Positions 21,642-32,960 are shown, numbered from the stretch's first letter. The stretch is DNA of 64,000 bases from Andalucia godoyi And28 (GCA_009859145.1 VRVR01000025.1:199491-263490), one strand, 5' to 3'. The notes: generated from the sequence alone by a model not told the origin. A program made the numbers and translations.

Positions 21642-24600
21642 TTACAACATGTCTCGCAGAGTGTCATACAGACCTTTGTCGAATGCGCGATTGCAGACGT
21701 CTTCTCCCGCAGAGACGTTCGGCTGACGACCTTCCTTGATCCAGTATTCCCGTTCAATGTTTTCAAAAAGCGCAAACAGATCCTTCTTAGCCTTGCCCTT
21801 GATTGTCGCATTGGATGAAGCGGCAGATGCAATTTCGCAAATCCGCTGCACCTGAAGACAGGTATACGTGTCCACAACACGACGATAAAAAGATAGCCAT
21901 TCGTCCTCCGTACTCAAGTAGAAGGCCTTGATATACTGATCGACTACGGACACCATAGGGAGTGGCCGGAAACCTGCAATCTTTTCGATTGCTGCCTGCA
22001 AAGTCTTGAGATCCACAGCCATTTGAGCCCGACCCTGAGCTGAGCACTTCTTCACAGCGGCGAACCCGCGGAGGATAGATTCCATCAGTCGACGCAACAT
22101 GCATTCCCACAAGATTCGGACAATGGAGTGTCCAAGATCATTGATTTGGAGAGCTTCCATCATGTCCTTTGCTTGCAGAATCTCTTTCCGAATCGCCGGA
22201 ACGTACTCGGAATAATCCGCCATCATCTCTCGGAAGTCAAATTTGGCTTGCAATATCCACTGCGAGAACTGCGCATACGGCAGAGTTCTGAGAGACAACC
22301 GATAATACAAGGTAATGCGAGCATCTCGCACGGCATCCCATGAAGCAACATAAAACGAGTTGATGAAAGAATTTGAAGTATCTCCACTCTTGGCGCGTGT
22401 TTTCTCTTCCAAGAAGCCTCGAAGTTTCTGCAAAACTTGGAAAACAAGAATAACGGATTCCATGGCAACAGACCTTTCACGGGCACCAAACATATTACCA
22501 GCTCGATCGACATCCGCATTGGACGACTCCTCCGGAATGGTTACGCCAACCGCCAGAGAAAATGCGCTGTTGACTGTCATGACACCAAGCTGAGAGCCTT
22601 GCGGGGACGACGTAGCAAGACTCAGCAGCGACGACTTGAGTTGCGAGAAGTAAGACGAAACAGAGGGTCGCAGGGAGAGATCTTGTTCGGGAACATACTG
22701 GCCATTAACAACACCCTGATTGGCTGCAGCGGAGCCGGTGCTACACAAGAACGGAGGATTTGTTGCTTCTTTCTCGAGCTGGGATTCCTCGCGAGAAAAC
22801 AGCGAAGAACCGCTGGATGACGACTGGGATGCCGACTGAGACGAAGAAGGCTGCGAAGAGTCATTGCCATGGCTCTGGAACGCGGCAGGCGGCCGACCGA
22901 AGTGAACAATTACAGAATAGAAGAAGTACTGGAACATGGAAACCATTCTTGTCAGCACATCATCGCGATCTACGCGATCTAGCACATTCATTGTATGCAG
23001 CCATTTTCCGTAGCATCTTAAAATGTGCATGGACGAAGAAGAGACAATGCAGCCCTTGTCCTTGAAGAGCTCCTCCAGTTCAGCAACCCAAGGAGATTCT
23101 GCATCCGCCGATTCGTCTTGATCTGCCGCCAACGGACCTTGAACATCCTTGCCTCCTTTACCAGCCTTTTGACTGGCTTTCCGTTTCTCCTCGAGGAGCT
23201 CGTCCATTCGACTGCGGAATGGGTTTGGAACATACGAGACACCCGCGATGTCCTCATGCAGGTTTTGCTGAGACGCAAGAGCAGCGGGTGCAAACGCGGA
23301 CTTCACAGGAGAAGTGGATGCCGACGAACTGTACCTTTTCGACAGTTTCTCAACGGCAAACTTGCCAGCCGACATTGTGGAAGGCACAATGTTCTCCAAT
23401 CGGGACCACGATCTAGTCTGTCGGAACTCCCGAAGTTCACCAAAAGACATATTCTTTCCTTGAACACTTTCGCTGTGCAGCGCGATACGCATCCAAGTTT
23501 CGTTTTCCATCATCATCTTCAGATTTTCCATTTGCGGGCGGAACTGCGCATCAAGAACGCCCCTAGAATGCTCACCAAGAACTTTCATGAGATGTCGAAA
23601 TGCTGGAGAGGCTGCTTGAGAAACGTACTCTTGGTCCGACTTCAAGACAGCACCGAACACTGACGTCACCAAGTAACCAAAGACACGCACATACTGATAG
23701 GATTCCAAGAAGCGTTCCAGCTTGACAACAGCAAGGGAGCGCGTACTGCTTCCCAAAGACGTAACAAGAATGGCCACGTCTCTGAGCATTACTTCTCCCA
23801 AAGTTCGACGATTGTACAGCAACGCATCAACGAGCTCTGAAAACCACGGAAGAGATGCAAGCAATGGTAGATCCTGCTCAAGACGCCTCTCCGCCTCATC
23901 ATCTTCAAAATCATGATCAGCATGTTGCTTGGAAACAACTTCACGAGAGGAGTGATACGGAACCAAGACAATCGGGTTTTCCCGCTCCTGCAAAGCCCAG
24001 TCAATGAAGCACGAGAAGTTGTTGATGAGATCGATGAGGTTTGAGAAGATAGTCAGCATGCAAGCATGCGTGTTCGACTCGTCCACGTACGAAGATAGCT
24101 GTGCAAGGGGCATGGATCGCAGTTCCTGGTGTTGATCCCCTACAAGCTGTTGAATTTTCTCAGAGCCAAGGGCATACGAGAGCACCATTTCCCTGACTGT
24201 TCTCTCCGCGTGGTCAACTACCGCGCTGGACACCACCGCGCCAACCTTTTCCGGCTTACCTGCCAAGAACATTCCCTGCAGAATGGCAGAAAACTTCGTT
24301 CCGTCAAAATCCCGAAGCGTCATTGCTCGCAGCACATCTTCCATCTTCTTCTCAATCAACGCCGGCCCGCTTTTCGACTTTGCATGCACTTGCCTCAAAG
24401 AAGCGAATTGAGAAATTGTAAATTCTCTGTGCAAAGGATCGTTTTTGGAGACTAGGCTCCATTCCTGCAGGTCTGCCAGCCTCGTCAGCGCCAGTGCATA
24501 CTGGTACTGGTCGACAGCATCCCATACACTCTGTTCCATTTCAAGAACCTGGCGCAGAGCCTGTGTTGCGTCCATGACGACTCTCAACTGGCGCGCTCTG

Positions 24601-25121
24601 CCAAAACGAGAAACGATCGTCTTTGACTGCACAACCAGATGGTTGTCCAACTCCCGCAAGAAATGCCGTCCAGACGAGCTCAGAACAGCAGTTTGCTGAA
24701 CATCACGCCCGATCTCATGAATCATAGTCATTCCAGACACAAACGCGGTGTAGTTTTTGTGCACTTTGTGAGCCAGGCGATGCGTGATTGCACTCAGTGC
24801 ATCCTGCAGCACTTTCTCTTCGTTCTCAAAGAAGGCGTCATCAATCGGCCCACTTCGCGGAAGACTGTTCAAAATATGCTCCACAGCATCAAACTCAGAC
24901 GGATGCTCAAAGAACCCTTGGTCCAGATTCTGTAGTCGCGGGTCCTTAGCGGAAGGATCTTTGAGCTCACGCGAAGACGATGTCCTAGCCAGCGTCGCCG
25001 CAGACGCAGATGCAGAAGAAGACGTCGACAACGACGAAGCATCGTGGTTCTGCGACTTGTCTGAACCACCAAAAGGAAGCTTTGCCAGCTTCTTTGACGC
25101 GTCCTTGAACTTTGTAAACAT
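21642..25121 (-). CDS. VPS50: VPS50/syndetin, EARP complex subunit
   Basis: N-terminal Vps54_N-like region (HKNYTAFVSGMTMIHEIGRD), MMENETWMRI, C-terminal KKCSAQGRAQMAVD and VDQYIKAFYL. Likely start MFTKFKD at 25121. Confidence 0.82.
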   Translation of the reverse strand: MFTKFKDASKKLAKLPFGGSDKSQNHDASSLSTSSSASASAATLARTSSSRELKDPSAKDPRLQNLDQGFFEHPSEFDAVEHILNSLPRSGPIDDAFFENEEKVLQDALSAITHRLAHKVHKNYTAFVSGMTMIHEIGRDVQQTAVLSSSGRHFLRELDNHLVVQSKTIVSRFGRARQLRVVMDATQALRQVLEMEQSVWDAVDQYQYALALTRLADLQEWSLVSKNDPLHREFTISQFASLRQVHAKSKSGPALIEKKMEDVLRAMTLRDFDGTKFSAILQGMFLAGKPEKVGAVVSSAVVDHAERTVREMVLSYALGSEKIQQLVGDQHQELRSMPLAQLSSYVDESNTHACMLTIFSNLIDLINNFSCFIDWALQERENPIVLVPYHSSREVVSKQHADHDFEDDEAERRLEQDLPLLASLPWFSELVDALLYNRRTLGEVMLRDVAILVTSLGSSTRSLAVVKLERFLESYQYVRVFGYLVTSVFGAVLKSDQEYVSQAASPAFRHLMKVLGEHSRGVLDAQFRPQMENLKMMMENETWMRIALHSESVQGKNMSFGELREFRQTRSWSRLENIVPSTMSAGKFAVEKLSKRYSSSASTSPVKSAFAPAALASQQNLHEDIAGVSYVPNPFRSRMDELLEEKRKASQKAGKGGKDVQGPLAADQDESADAESPWVAELEELFKDKGCIVSSSSMHILRCYGKWLHTMNVLDRVDRDDVLTRMVSMFQYFFYSVIVHFGRPPAAFQSHGNDSSQPSSSQSASQSSSSGSSLFSREESQLEKEATNPPFLCSTGSAAANQGVVNGQYVPEQDLSLRPSVSSYFSQLKSSLLSLATSSPQGSQLGVMTVNSAFSLAVGVTIPEESSNADVDRAGNMFGARERSVAMESVILVFQVLQKLRGFLEEKTRAKSGDTSNSFINSFYVASWDAVRDARITLYYRLSLRTLPYAQFSQWILQAKFDFREMMADYSEYVPAIRKEILQAKDMMEALQINDLGHSIVRILWECMLRRLMESILRGFAAVKKCSAQGRAQMAVDLKTLQAAIEKIAGFRPLPMVSVVDQYIKAFYLSTEDEWLSFYRRVVDTYTCLQVQRICEIASAASSNATIKGKAKKDLFALFENIEREYWIKEGRQPNVSAGEDVCNRAFDKGLYDTLRDML

Positions 25122-25481
25122 CAAACCCACCAAAAACACCGCCCCAAAATGAACAAACAGACAAACAAACAAAAACGATAATTAAAAAACCATTATAGAA
25201 CAGCAAGTATTAATGCACAATAACGTGAAAAACGTTCAGGCATAAAACACCCAAAACACATTTTCTCTTGTAGAGAAGAGGTGGTGGTGAGTGGGGATGG
25301 GGAGGGGGGGGACCTTTTGTTGCATCACTTGACGCAGTGTAGTCTGAGCATTACGCAAATCCTCTCCCTCAACGTTTGATCCGAGAGGATGCGTCGAAGA
25401 CTGGGATTTCGGAAAGACTCGCTATGAGACCGCTTCAGAGCTCGGACTTGCGCGAACAGACAGCCATCTGCAGGAGCGTCA

Positions 25482-27648
25482 ATGCGCCCTACTGAGATCG
25501 ACACTTCACAGACTCGCCGTGTTGCTAAGCTGTATGTTTTTCTGTAATTTTATGGGTTTTGGCTGTTGTTGCTGTTGATGCATTCGGAGATTTTGTTGAC
25601 AAGGCTGCTTTGTACTTGGCTACTTCAGGAAGGAACAGGTCTGGACACAGTATGTTGAGTTTAGAAGACGCGCGCTCAATTTAAGTCGGTATCCTTCGCG
25701 ACCGCAGTCTGCAACGCCGTCGTCGGCGTCTCTCGTGCATCCGTCTTTTCCCTTTCTGCCAGTGTCAGACAGCGTACTAAAGAAGGCAAGGCGCATCACG
25801 AGTGGGCATAGGCGGAGACAATCGTGTTCGCCGTCGAAGATGATGAACGGAACAAGCGATCTTGAAATCCAGAGTTGTCCCCCTTCCGTGGTTTCGGCGT
25901 TTCCACACTCGCTGGCGTTGACGGATGTAAACGAAGCGCAGAAGAAGTGTAGTCCGCGCCAGCGGGTTGCGTCGTGCGAGGCTGCTGAGGGTCTGGCTGT
26001 TCCTTCGAGCAGAAGTTCTAATACTAATAATAATAATAATGAAGGCAATGAAGGTGACGGAGACAATGGAGGCGTTGGTGATGCTGACGACGCCGCAAAG
26101 ACAGGGAACTTTCAAACAAAGTGTGTGCCCAAAACCGCTGATATTTCGCATCAGCAGTGCCCAGAGGAGACGATAGAGATTGTATGTGAAGCGACAGGGG
26201 ACGAGTCGTTGGGTCTCGAATCCCAAACAGGGTGCTTGGACGCATTTCCTCTCACAGTCCCGTCGATCTATTTGGAGCTGATTCTTGTGTGCCTCGCGGA
26301 TGCGGACTATGGACAATCCATCATTCCGAGATTTATTCGCAATCAACCGGTTGATGATAGATTGCAAGCGGCCGTGGATGTCATGACGCATTCAGACTAT
26401 CTGCAGATTCCCTCGCTGTATCAGATTGCGTCGAGGGAATCCGCAAGACTGTTCACGTCCGAGGTGTTGGTGGAGAATGGCATTTTTCTTCCACCCTCAT
26501 ATCTGACGGATATTTTGTCGAACTGCTCCCTGGAGGAACTTCTCGAGCATGTTCTACACTTGTCTTCCTTCAAGAATGGCTGCGACGACTCGCTGGCGGA
26601 AAAGCTCACGCCGGTAGTGACGTCTCTTGATGCGGTTTTGGACCACGGTACTTTCCGACAGCGACTTTCACGTATGTTTGTCGAGTTGGCGAAAGAAAGA
26701 ATACGGAAGCTGGAGGACACTGATGCAGACTTTTCCATGCTGGCGGCATTGTCGTCTGACTCGGAACTTTGGCCACCGAAGCTTTCTGGATTTTCTGATT
26801 TCACAGTGGACGAATCTATAGCTCACTGCCCGCGCTACGTCGATGTTATGATAGCCTTTATGCGTTTTCTGATCTCATGTCTCGAATGTTCGGAGACGTG
26901 CGATTCGTTGAGCTCGGACTGGTCGGAGCACGCAGAGCTACCGTCAATTTTGCAAACATTTGATGTCCCTTCGACGACATTGAACAGGATAGTCGAATTG
27001 TGGGCGCGGTACTTGTTGAAGTTGAAGCTCGCCGAGCCTGATGCATTTCACTGCCGCGAGTTGATCTTCGGAGGATGCAGAACGCTCACGCGCGACGCGC
27101 TCGAGAGATGCTTATCGTCCGTGCATTGCGGTTTGACGTTCCGGGATATAGTTGTGCATCTCAGCTTGAACGGCTGCTCGGACGCTGTTGACGATGACCT
27201 GATGTCGAAGATTGGAGTGTTTCTTCCGCGCCTTCGATACTTGCAACTTGGAGGTTGTCGCAAGATCACAGCAAAGGGATTTGAATTCCTCGCAAAGAGT
27301 CTTCCACAAACCCCGGTTTTGTGCGAAGATGGCACTGTCCACGGAACACTGACAACGGCATCGCTTGTGAGTTTGAATGTGCGATCTTGCACACAGCTCA
27401 CAGATGATACAATGGAGGTCATTTCCAATCATTTCTGTGGACTGCAGGATTTGTGCCTTTACGGTGTTTATCGCCTGTCTGACGGGGGAATGGTGTCTCT
27501 CGCCACTCGGTACACGCAGCTACGCAGACTAAATATTTGTGGATGCTACAAGATATCGGATATGGGTCGGCGTTTCGTTTTTCAAACGCTGCCGCGACTA
27601 GTTTTGTACAATTCTGTGGACGAATTCTCCACGGGAGCCGTGGCGTGA
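25482..27648 (+). CDS. Leucine-rich repeat (FBXL/AMN1-type) protein; predicted exon 1 25482-25531 and intron 25532-25628
   Basis: C-terminal cysteine-containing LRRs (LRYLQLGGCRKIT, LVSLNVRSCTQLTD, LRRLNICGCYKISD). Splicing GTATGT to TTCAG joins an ATG exon in frame with ORF 25735-27648. The 5' structure is less certain than the gene itself. Confidence 0.65.
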
Positions 27649-27713
27649 GCAAGAAAAACTGCCCCTACCATATGTCCAAAATATTTTAAGCAATACTCTA
27701 AGAACGTCACATT

Positions 27714-29699
27714 TTATTCTCCAATGTGGACCACAACCGTCTCTTCGCCAGGTTTTGCAGTAGCTCCGCGGAGCGGTTTGGCAGGGAGGAAGCATGCGGT
27801 GATGACGCCCAGAAGCATCAGCGGAGCAACAAACCAGTATCCCGATGCAATTCCCAGGGCAAACGCACGGTCGGTGTCTTCTCTTTCCTGGCCGCTCAAG
27901 TCGAGAATATTGTCGAACGAACCAGAAGAAGATGCCGTCTTGCCGGTAATGGATTTGTACTCGGTCTTGAATGTTTCTGTGAACAACGCTTGAAATACAG
28001 AGACGGCAATCGCACCAGCCAACGTTCTGAAGAAGGAAACAGAGGAAGTTGCGACAGCAATGTCTTTCAGTTCGACAGAGTTTTGAACGGCAACGGTCAC
28101 AATCTGAATTCCAAGGCCAAGGCCAAAGCCAAGGAAGATCAGCTGAGCAGCAAGCGTTCCGTAGGGATCGTCATATCGCAGGGTAGTCAAGGTGAATGTG
28201 GAGACGGTGCAAATGACAAGACCGATCACTGGAAAGCGCGAGTACTTGCCGGTTTTGGACATGAACAGCCCGGATCCAATGGACGCGGTCACAAGAGAAA
28301 CCAGCATAGGAGACATCAGCAGACCTGCTAGCGTTGCCGAGTAGCGTAAGCAGTACTGAATGTACATTGGAATGAAGGTCATGGTGCAATACAATCCCAC
28401 TCCCATTGCGCACGAAATAAGATTTCCGATGGAGAATGATCGATTCAAGAAAAGTCTCAACGGAACAATCGGTTCTTGTACCCGCAGTTCGTTGCCCACG
28501 AACAAGAGCAGCATTCCAGCAGCTCCACAAAACATTCCAATGATCACACCGTCGTCCCATGCATACTTGGCACCACCCCACGTAAGCGACAGCAGCAACA
28601 TGACGACAAATCCAACGACGCATAAAGCTCCAGTAGCATCGACAGTTCGGACTTGAGACTTTTTGTGGATTCGCAAGAAGCATGCGGTCGCAACAAAAGC
28701 AATAAAGGAAAATGGCAAGTTGATGAAGAAGCACCATCGCCATCCCCCTGTTCCGGCATCCGTAAACAAGCCTCCGATAAGTGGGCCGATGACTGATGAA
28801 AACGCGAAAACCGCGCCGAGCACACCGGAGTACTTTCCTCGGTCACGAGGGGAAAGAATGTCTCCAAGCACCACTTGTGTCAGTGCCATCAGCCCACCGG
28901 CTCCAAGACCTTGTATTCCACGGAAAATGATAAACTGCACCATGGTGGTTGCGAGTCCACACGCCAACGAGCCAACAAAGAATACGAACATCGCAAACAA
29001 GAACGCAGGTCTGCGCCCAACAATGTCTGAGCACTTTCCGTACAACGGCATCGTAGCAGTAGACGCACACAGGTACGCCGCCACGATCCACGACACATAT
29101 TCCGCTCCCTTCAGATCTTGCACAATGGTTGGAATGGCCGTCGAGACAATCGTTGAATCCAGAGACGACAGGAAGAGCGCTAACATCAACGACGCGAATA
29201 TCAGCCTGAACTGAAGATCGGTCATTGGCACGAGATATTTTGAAGGTGCCGCAGGGTCTCCTGTCTTGCTGCATTCACCGGTGATGCAAGCATGCGATTG
29301 TGGATCCGGATTAGCCTGTGCAGAGCACACGCAATCTGCATAAGCTCCTTCGGAATCGGCAAGGACTTTGTCCTGCGCTTCCCCAGGGTTCTGAGAATCA
29401 ACAGCGCCAGCCTGCTGCACGTTCGCAGGGCGATGAAGTGAGTCTGACGGGTCGTCACTGTGATCGGCGGGCTGCTGCTCCTCTTCATTTTCACCCAGTT
29501 TTGTTTGCTGCGCCTCGCAGTTCGACGCTTCGTCGCTAGAATCAAAAGACTGACCGGCGGCAGCAGCACTCTCGTGGTCTGCCGTTTGCTGAATCACCGG
29601 CAAACCATCCGCTGAATCCTGCTGCAGAGAAGCATCTCCGTCCGACGTCGCTGCAGCTGACGACGAGACATTCACCAAATTGTTATTATGGTCGCTCAT
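27714..29699 (-). CDS. MFS drug:H+ antiporter, DHA2/EmrB-QacA type (about 14 TMS)
   Basis: LDSTIVSTAIPTI, motif A GKCSDIVGRR, FRGIQGLGAGG, WRWCFFINLP and about 14 hydrophobic segments after a long acidic N-terminal tail. Confidence 0.92.
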   Translation of the reverse strand: MSDHNNNLVNVSSSAAATSDGDASLQQDSADGLPVIQQTADHESAAAAGQSFDSSDEASNCEAQQTKLGENEEEQQPADHSDDPSDSLHRPANVQQAGAVDSQNPGEAQDKVLADSEGAYADCVCSAQANPDPQSHACITGECSKTGDPAAPSKYLVPMTDLQFRLIFASLMLALFLSSLDSTIVSTAIPTIVQDLKGAEYVSWIVAAYLCASTATMPLYGKCSDIVGRRPAFLFAMFVFFVGSLACGLATTMVQFIIFRGIQGLGAGGLMALTQVVLGDILSPRDRGKYSGVLGAVFAFSSVIGPLIGGLFTDAGTGGWRWCFFINLPFSFIAFVATACFLRIHKKSQVRTVDATGALCVVGFVVMLLLSLTWGGAKYAWDDGVIIGMFCGAAGMLLLFVGNELRVQEPIVPLRLFLNRSFSIGNLISCAMGVGLYCTMTFIPMYIQYCLRYSATLAGLLMSPMLVSLVTASIGSGLFMSKTGKYSRFPVIGLVICTVSTFTLTTLRYDDPYGTLAAQLIFLGFGLGLGIQIVTVAVQNSVELKDIAVATSSVSFFRTLAGAIAVSVFQALFTETFKTEYKSITGKTASSSGSFDNILDLSGQEREDTDRAFALGIASGYWFVAPLMLLGVITACFLPAKPLRGATAKPGEETVVVHIGE

Positions 29700-29711
29700 T
29701 TGCTCTCTTGC

Positions 29712-29768
29712 CTACATCGAATGCATGAGAATATAATCAACACAACACCGAGATGACAAAATTCATAC
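29712..29768 (-). other. Candidate 57-nt 5'-UTR intron of the MFS gene
   Basis: On the minus strand, GTATGA donor and TGTAG acceptor 12 nt before ATG 29699. Confidence 0.55.
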
Positions 29769-30231
29769 GCAAAGTTGATGATGTAGTGGGCGTGTGTGCG
29801 GAACAACGCGGGTGATTGAGTGGCATTTTTTTCCCCCAAATATTTATTGTTTGTTTGCTTGTTGAGAAGCACTGGATGCCGGGAGAAGGGAACTTCCGCT
29901 CTCCGGTGGGCGGACACACCATAAAAGGCATCGGAGAGTCGGCGTTACGAGCAAATTTGGAAATGGTCGCCGCCCAACAAGCGGCTCTTTTGATCAGAAA
30001 AGACGGGGAGCCACGTTTGACGTTGCGGAAGCTTGCGAGCTTTGCGCTGCATGTTGTGTGCGGGACGAACAGGAAAACGATGAAGCCGGGCGCGAGGCGA
30101 CATGGACGTGAAAATCATGATAAAACCCCCGGGGACAGGAAAAATAGAGGGGCTCTTTTATTGCATACAGAAATACTTTATATATATTTGTTGAATGCAG
30201 GCAAGGAGAAAAGTGACAGTGTCCTCCCCTC

Positions 30232-32598
30232 CTATACAGATGTGCTGGGTTGGGCATTGTCGGAATGATCTGCGCGGGAGGCCTCGGTGTTCGGTGTCGA
30301 AGCTCGGTTTTGGAGCTGGATTAACAGGCGCTTGGTCACAACGCCCTTCAGCGTGCCGCAATCCACGATAAAAGCGTGCGAGACGCCAATCATTGTGAAA
30401 ACAAAGTAGATGCGATGGAGCGAAGTAGAGAGTGGGAGGATGAACGGCGCGGAGTCAAAGGGAACCTGGAGGTCCGTGGCATTAACATGATGTTGAGAAG
30501 CCTGGGATACCGGGCGAAAATCCAGAAATTGCAAATGGTCGTCATGGGCACCGGGTTCGCCCGCGTGAGTGAGATCCCATCCTTCCAGCATCGCTTCCAA
30601 ATGACATCGCTGGACGGTGCCGAGCAGTTGAAACGGCACTTTCCCAGCTGGATCTACCAGAGGATATGTGGAGTGGAATTCCGCGTTGGAAAGTGTGATT
30701 CGGACATCGTCGATGCTTGTCTTTGGCGTGAGGAAGATCATGGATTCTCTAGGGATCATGATTTCCCCGGCTTCTGTAATGGGACTCAGGGACTTGGTTG
30801 TGAACGGCTTCAGATACGGCAACGACCGGAGATCCATAATCATGTCATATATCGACGGATTGAATATGTATCCGACGAAGTATGCAATTGTCACCGCAAT
30901 CAAGACTGGAAGCAACAGCGACAACTCGCCGGTCAGCTCCAGCACAATTATTGCGGTGGAAAGCGTCTTGGTGGACCCCGTTGCACAGGCTGCCGCCGCA
31001 ACTACACTGTACGCTCCAGGGAAAACCGTGGACCATCCCGTCATTGCTTTCACAATCTGTCCAAACATGCGCCCAACACATGCACCAACCAAGAAAATGG
31101 GAAGAAAACTACCACAGGGAATGGGCAGTGTCACGGCAACACCAGAAAGAACGAACTGGAAGAACGCAAAGAAAAGCTGGAAGAGCAGCTTCATGCCCAG
31201 TCCATCTGGAAACCCTTCTTCATCGTCTTCGCTGGAGAAAAATCGGGTGAGCAGCCCGTTTTGGGACGTTCCATGCACAAACGGCAGCGCAAAATACATC
31301 GTTGCTGTGAGAATGGTCCAGACCATGACCGAAATCACTCCTATGTTTGTTTGCGCACTCTCGGAAACTTGCTTCGAACTTGTCATCCACTTTCTGAGCA
31401 CTATGCTGCGCTTCACGTAGGCATTGAAGAGGGCTCCAAGCAACCCGCCAATGACTCCGATCATGCAAAAAAAGACCAATTCTGATCTTCGATAGGGATA
31501 CTCCGCAAACTTCGTGGAGAAAAGGAACGTTACGTGGTCTTTCTCCACGGATCTTATCAAGTAAAAGATCGTGCTTCCGATGCACGCTGCAAAGATTGCC
31601 TTGCCAAGATTGCGGACAAGGTAAAACGTCGCAGTAACTTCAATGGAGAAAATGACACCACCGAACGCAGCTCCAAAGTTGGCAACGACACCGGCAGCCG
31701 CTGCGGAAGCGAACAGCTGTGTTAATATGTATTCGTTGGACGACAGTGACCCGAAAAACGGCAGCATAAGGATAAGGCGACACAAGGCCGAGGAAACGTG
31801 GACAAACGGGCCTTCCTTTCCGATTGGTAGCCCAGCGCCAGCAGCAAGGACAAGCCCCAGGATCTTTGCCAGAAGAGTGCGAACGGAAAGAAATTTTCGG
31901 AGCGAAATGCCACTCAGAATGGATTTCATTTCTGGAATGCCAGAGCCTGCGGCATTGGGGGATATGTAGCGAACACAGAGCGCCGCTAAGCACGCGTAAA
32001 ATGTGGACAGCAAGACAAACAGCAGAAGTCCTCCGCCAAACGAAGATGCAGAAGCAGCGAAGTCAGTACGTGTGTCCTGCAAGAACGTCGTTGCATAGTC
32101 CATTAAGATCGCCACGCAGGCAGAAACGACCGCCAGAATAAAGATGCAAACGTACATCAGGACCGTTTGTTGCCGGAAGGCAGTTTGAGCAGCCTCCTTC
32201 ACTCGAAGCCATCTCTCGTCCCACTTCGAAGATGCCTCCATCTGGACGACTACGCTGCCTTCGGGCAGTGCGGATCCCAGGATGTCTGCAGACGGAACCG
32301 AGGCTTTCCGGTAAAAATCCGTGGAGTTCCATTCTTCGCCGGGCCGCTTCTTTGGAAACGATCGTGACGGGAATGGGCGCAGAGGAGCCTTTGAGCTGGC
32401 AGACGACGGTCCGGTGTTGGGCGGTGCGATCATGGCTCCGTTCGTTTGCACTGTTTCCAACGTCGTCAGCGGACTTGCAATCGACGCGAGATCTAGGTGA
32501 GCGTCTGATGACGATTCCTCTCCTTGCTGTCGCGCTGTGAATCTTTCAGAAACGACGTTTTCGGTCGAATCGCTCATGCTTTTCTTGTAGGTGATCAT
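30232..32598 (-). CDS. CLC chloride channel with CBS domains
   Basis: GSGIPE, GKEGP, GVIFSIEV, GSFLP and PSIYD motifs followed by CBS-like repeats. Likely start MITYKK at 32598 or MSDST just after it. Confidence 0.95.
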   Translation of the reverse strand: MITYKKSMSDSTENVVSERFTARQQGEESSSDAHLDLASIASPLTTLETVQTNGAMIAPPNTGPSSASSKAPLRPFPSRSFPKKRPGEEWNSTDFYRKASVPSADILGSALPEGSVVVQMEASSKWDERWLRVKEAAQTAFRQQTVLMYVCIFILAVVSACVAILMDYATTFLQDTRTDFAASASSFGGGLLLFVLLSTFYACLAALCVRYISPNAAGSGIPEMKSILSGISLRKFLSVRTLLAKILGLVLAAGAGLPIGKEGPFVHVSSALCRLILMLPFFGSLSSNEYILTQLFASAAAAGVVANFGAAFGGVIFSIEVTATFYLVRNLGKAIFAACIGSTIFYLIRSVEKDHVTFLFSTKFAEYPYRRSELVFFCMIGVIGGLLGALFNAYVKRSIVLRKWMTSSKQVSESAQTNIGVISVMVWTILTATMYFALPFVHGTSQNGLLTRFFSSEDDEEGFPDGLGMKLLFQLFFAFFQFVLSGVAVTLPIPCGSFLPIFLVGACVGRMFGQIVKAMTGWSTVFPGAYSVVAAAACATGSTKTLSTAIIVLELTGELSLLLPVLIAVTIAYFVGYIFNPSIYDMIMDLRSLPYLKPFTTKSLSPITEAGEIMIPRESMIFLTPKTSIDDVRITLSNAEFHSTYPLVDPAGKVPFQLLGTVQRCHLEAMLEGWDLTHAGEPGAHDDHLQFLDFRPVSQASQHHVNATDLQVPFDSAPFILPLSTSLHRIYFVFTMIGVSHAFIVDCGTLKGVVTKRLLIQLQNRASTPNTEASRADHSDNAQPSTSV

Positions 32599-32960
32599 TG
32601 TTTTGGGCGGGGGGAACGATACGACACGTTTCTTCAAAAACACTGCAATCGGAATGCTAATCTGCATTTATCCGTGGTCGCGCCCATCCTTTTTTTAAAA
32701 AATTAATATTAAATTCACGTCCACGTTCTCATGATACCGCGGTTTCCGAGTCTACTAGAAGCGTGTTGGAATATTCGAATCTCTCGCGTATTCAACACCT
32801 TTTTTCTCCTTTGTTTTGCTCGTACCTTATTAAACTGGGGGAGGCGTTACCAATTCCAGCGACTCTTTCTCTCTGGCTCTACGTGAACAGTTTACAATTA
32901 CGATACGAGAGGATTTTTGGTGTGATGTGAAAAAGTAGATCGTTACCGGTAGATGCTGCG

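Noticed and set aside
25329-25482. RNase P/MRP RNA identity for the structured element
   Set aside because: GTCTGAG and CAGACTAC resemble CR-I and CR-V, but the GGAA context, spacing and bulged-U P4 geometry do not fit on either strand.
29816-30268. 150-aa plus-strand ORF between MFS and CLC
   Set aside because: No motifs; it overlaps the CLC stop and the MFS promoter region.
32763-32798. Hairpin GTGTTGGAATA/TATTCAACAC upstream of CLC
   Set aside because: A single 10-bp stem with a bulge in AT-rich DNA is expected by chance.
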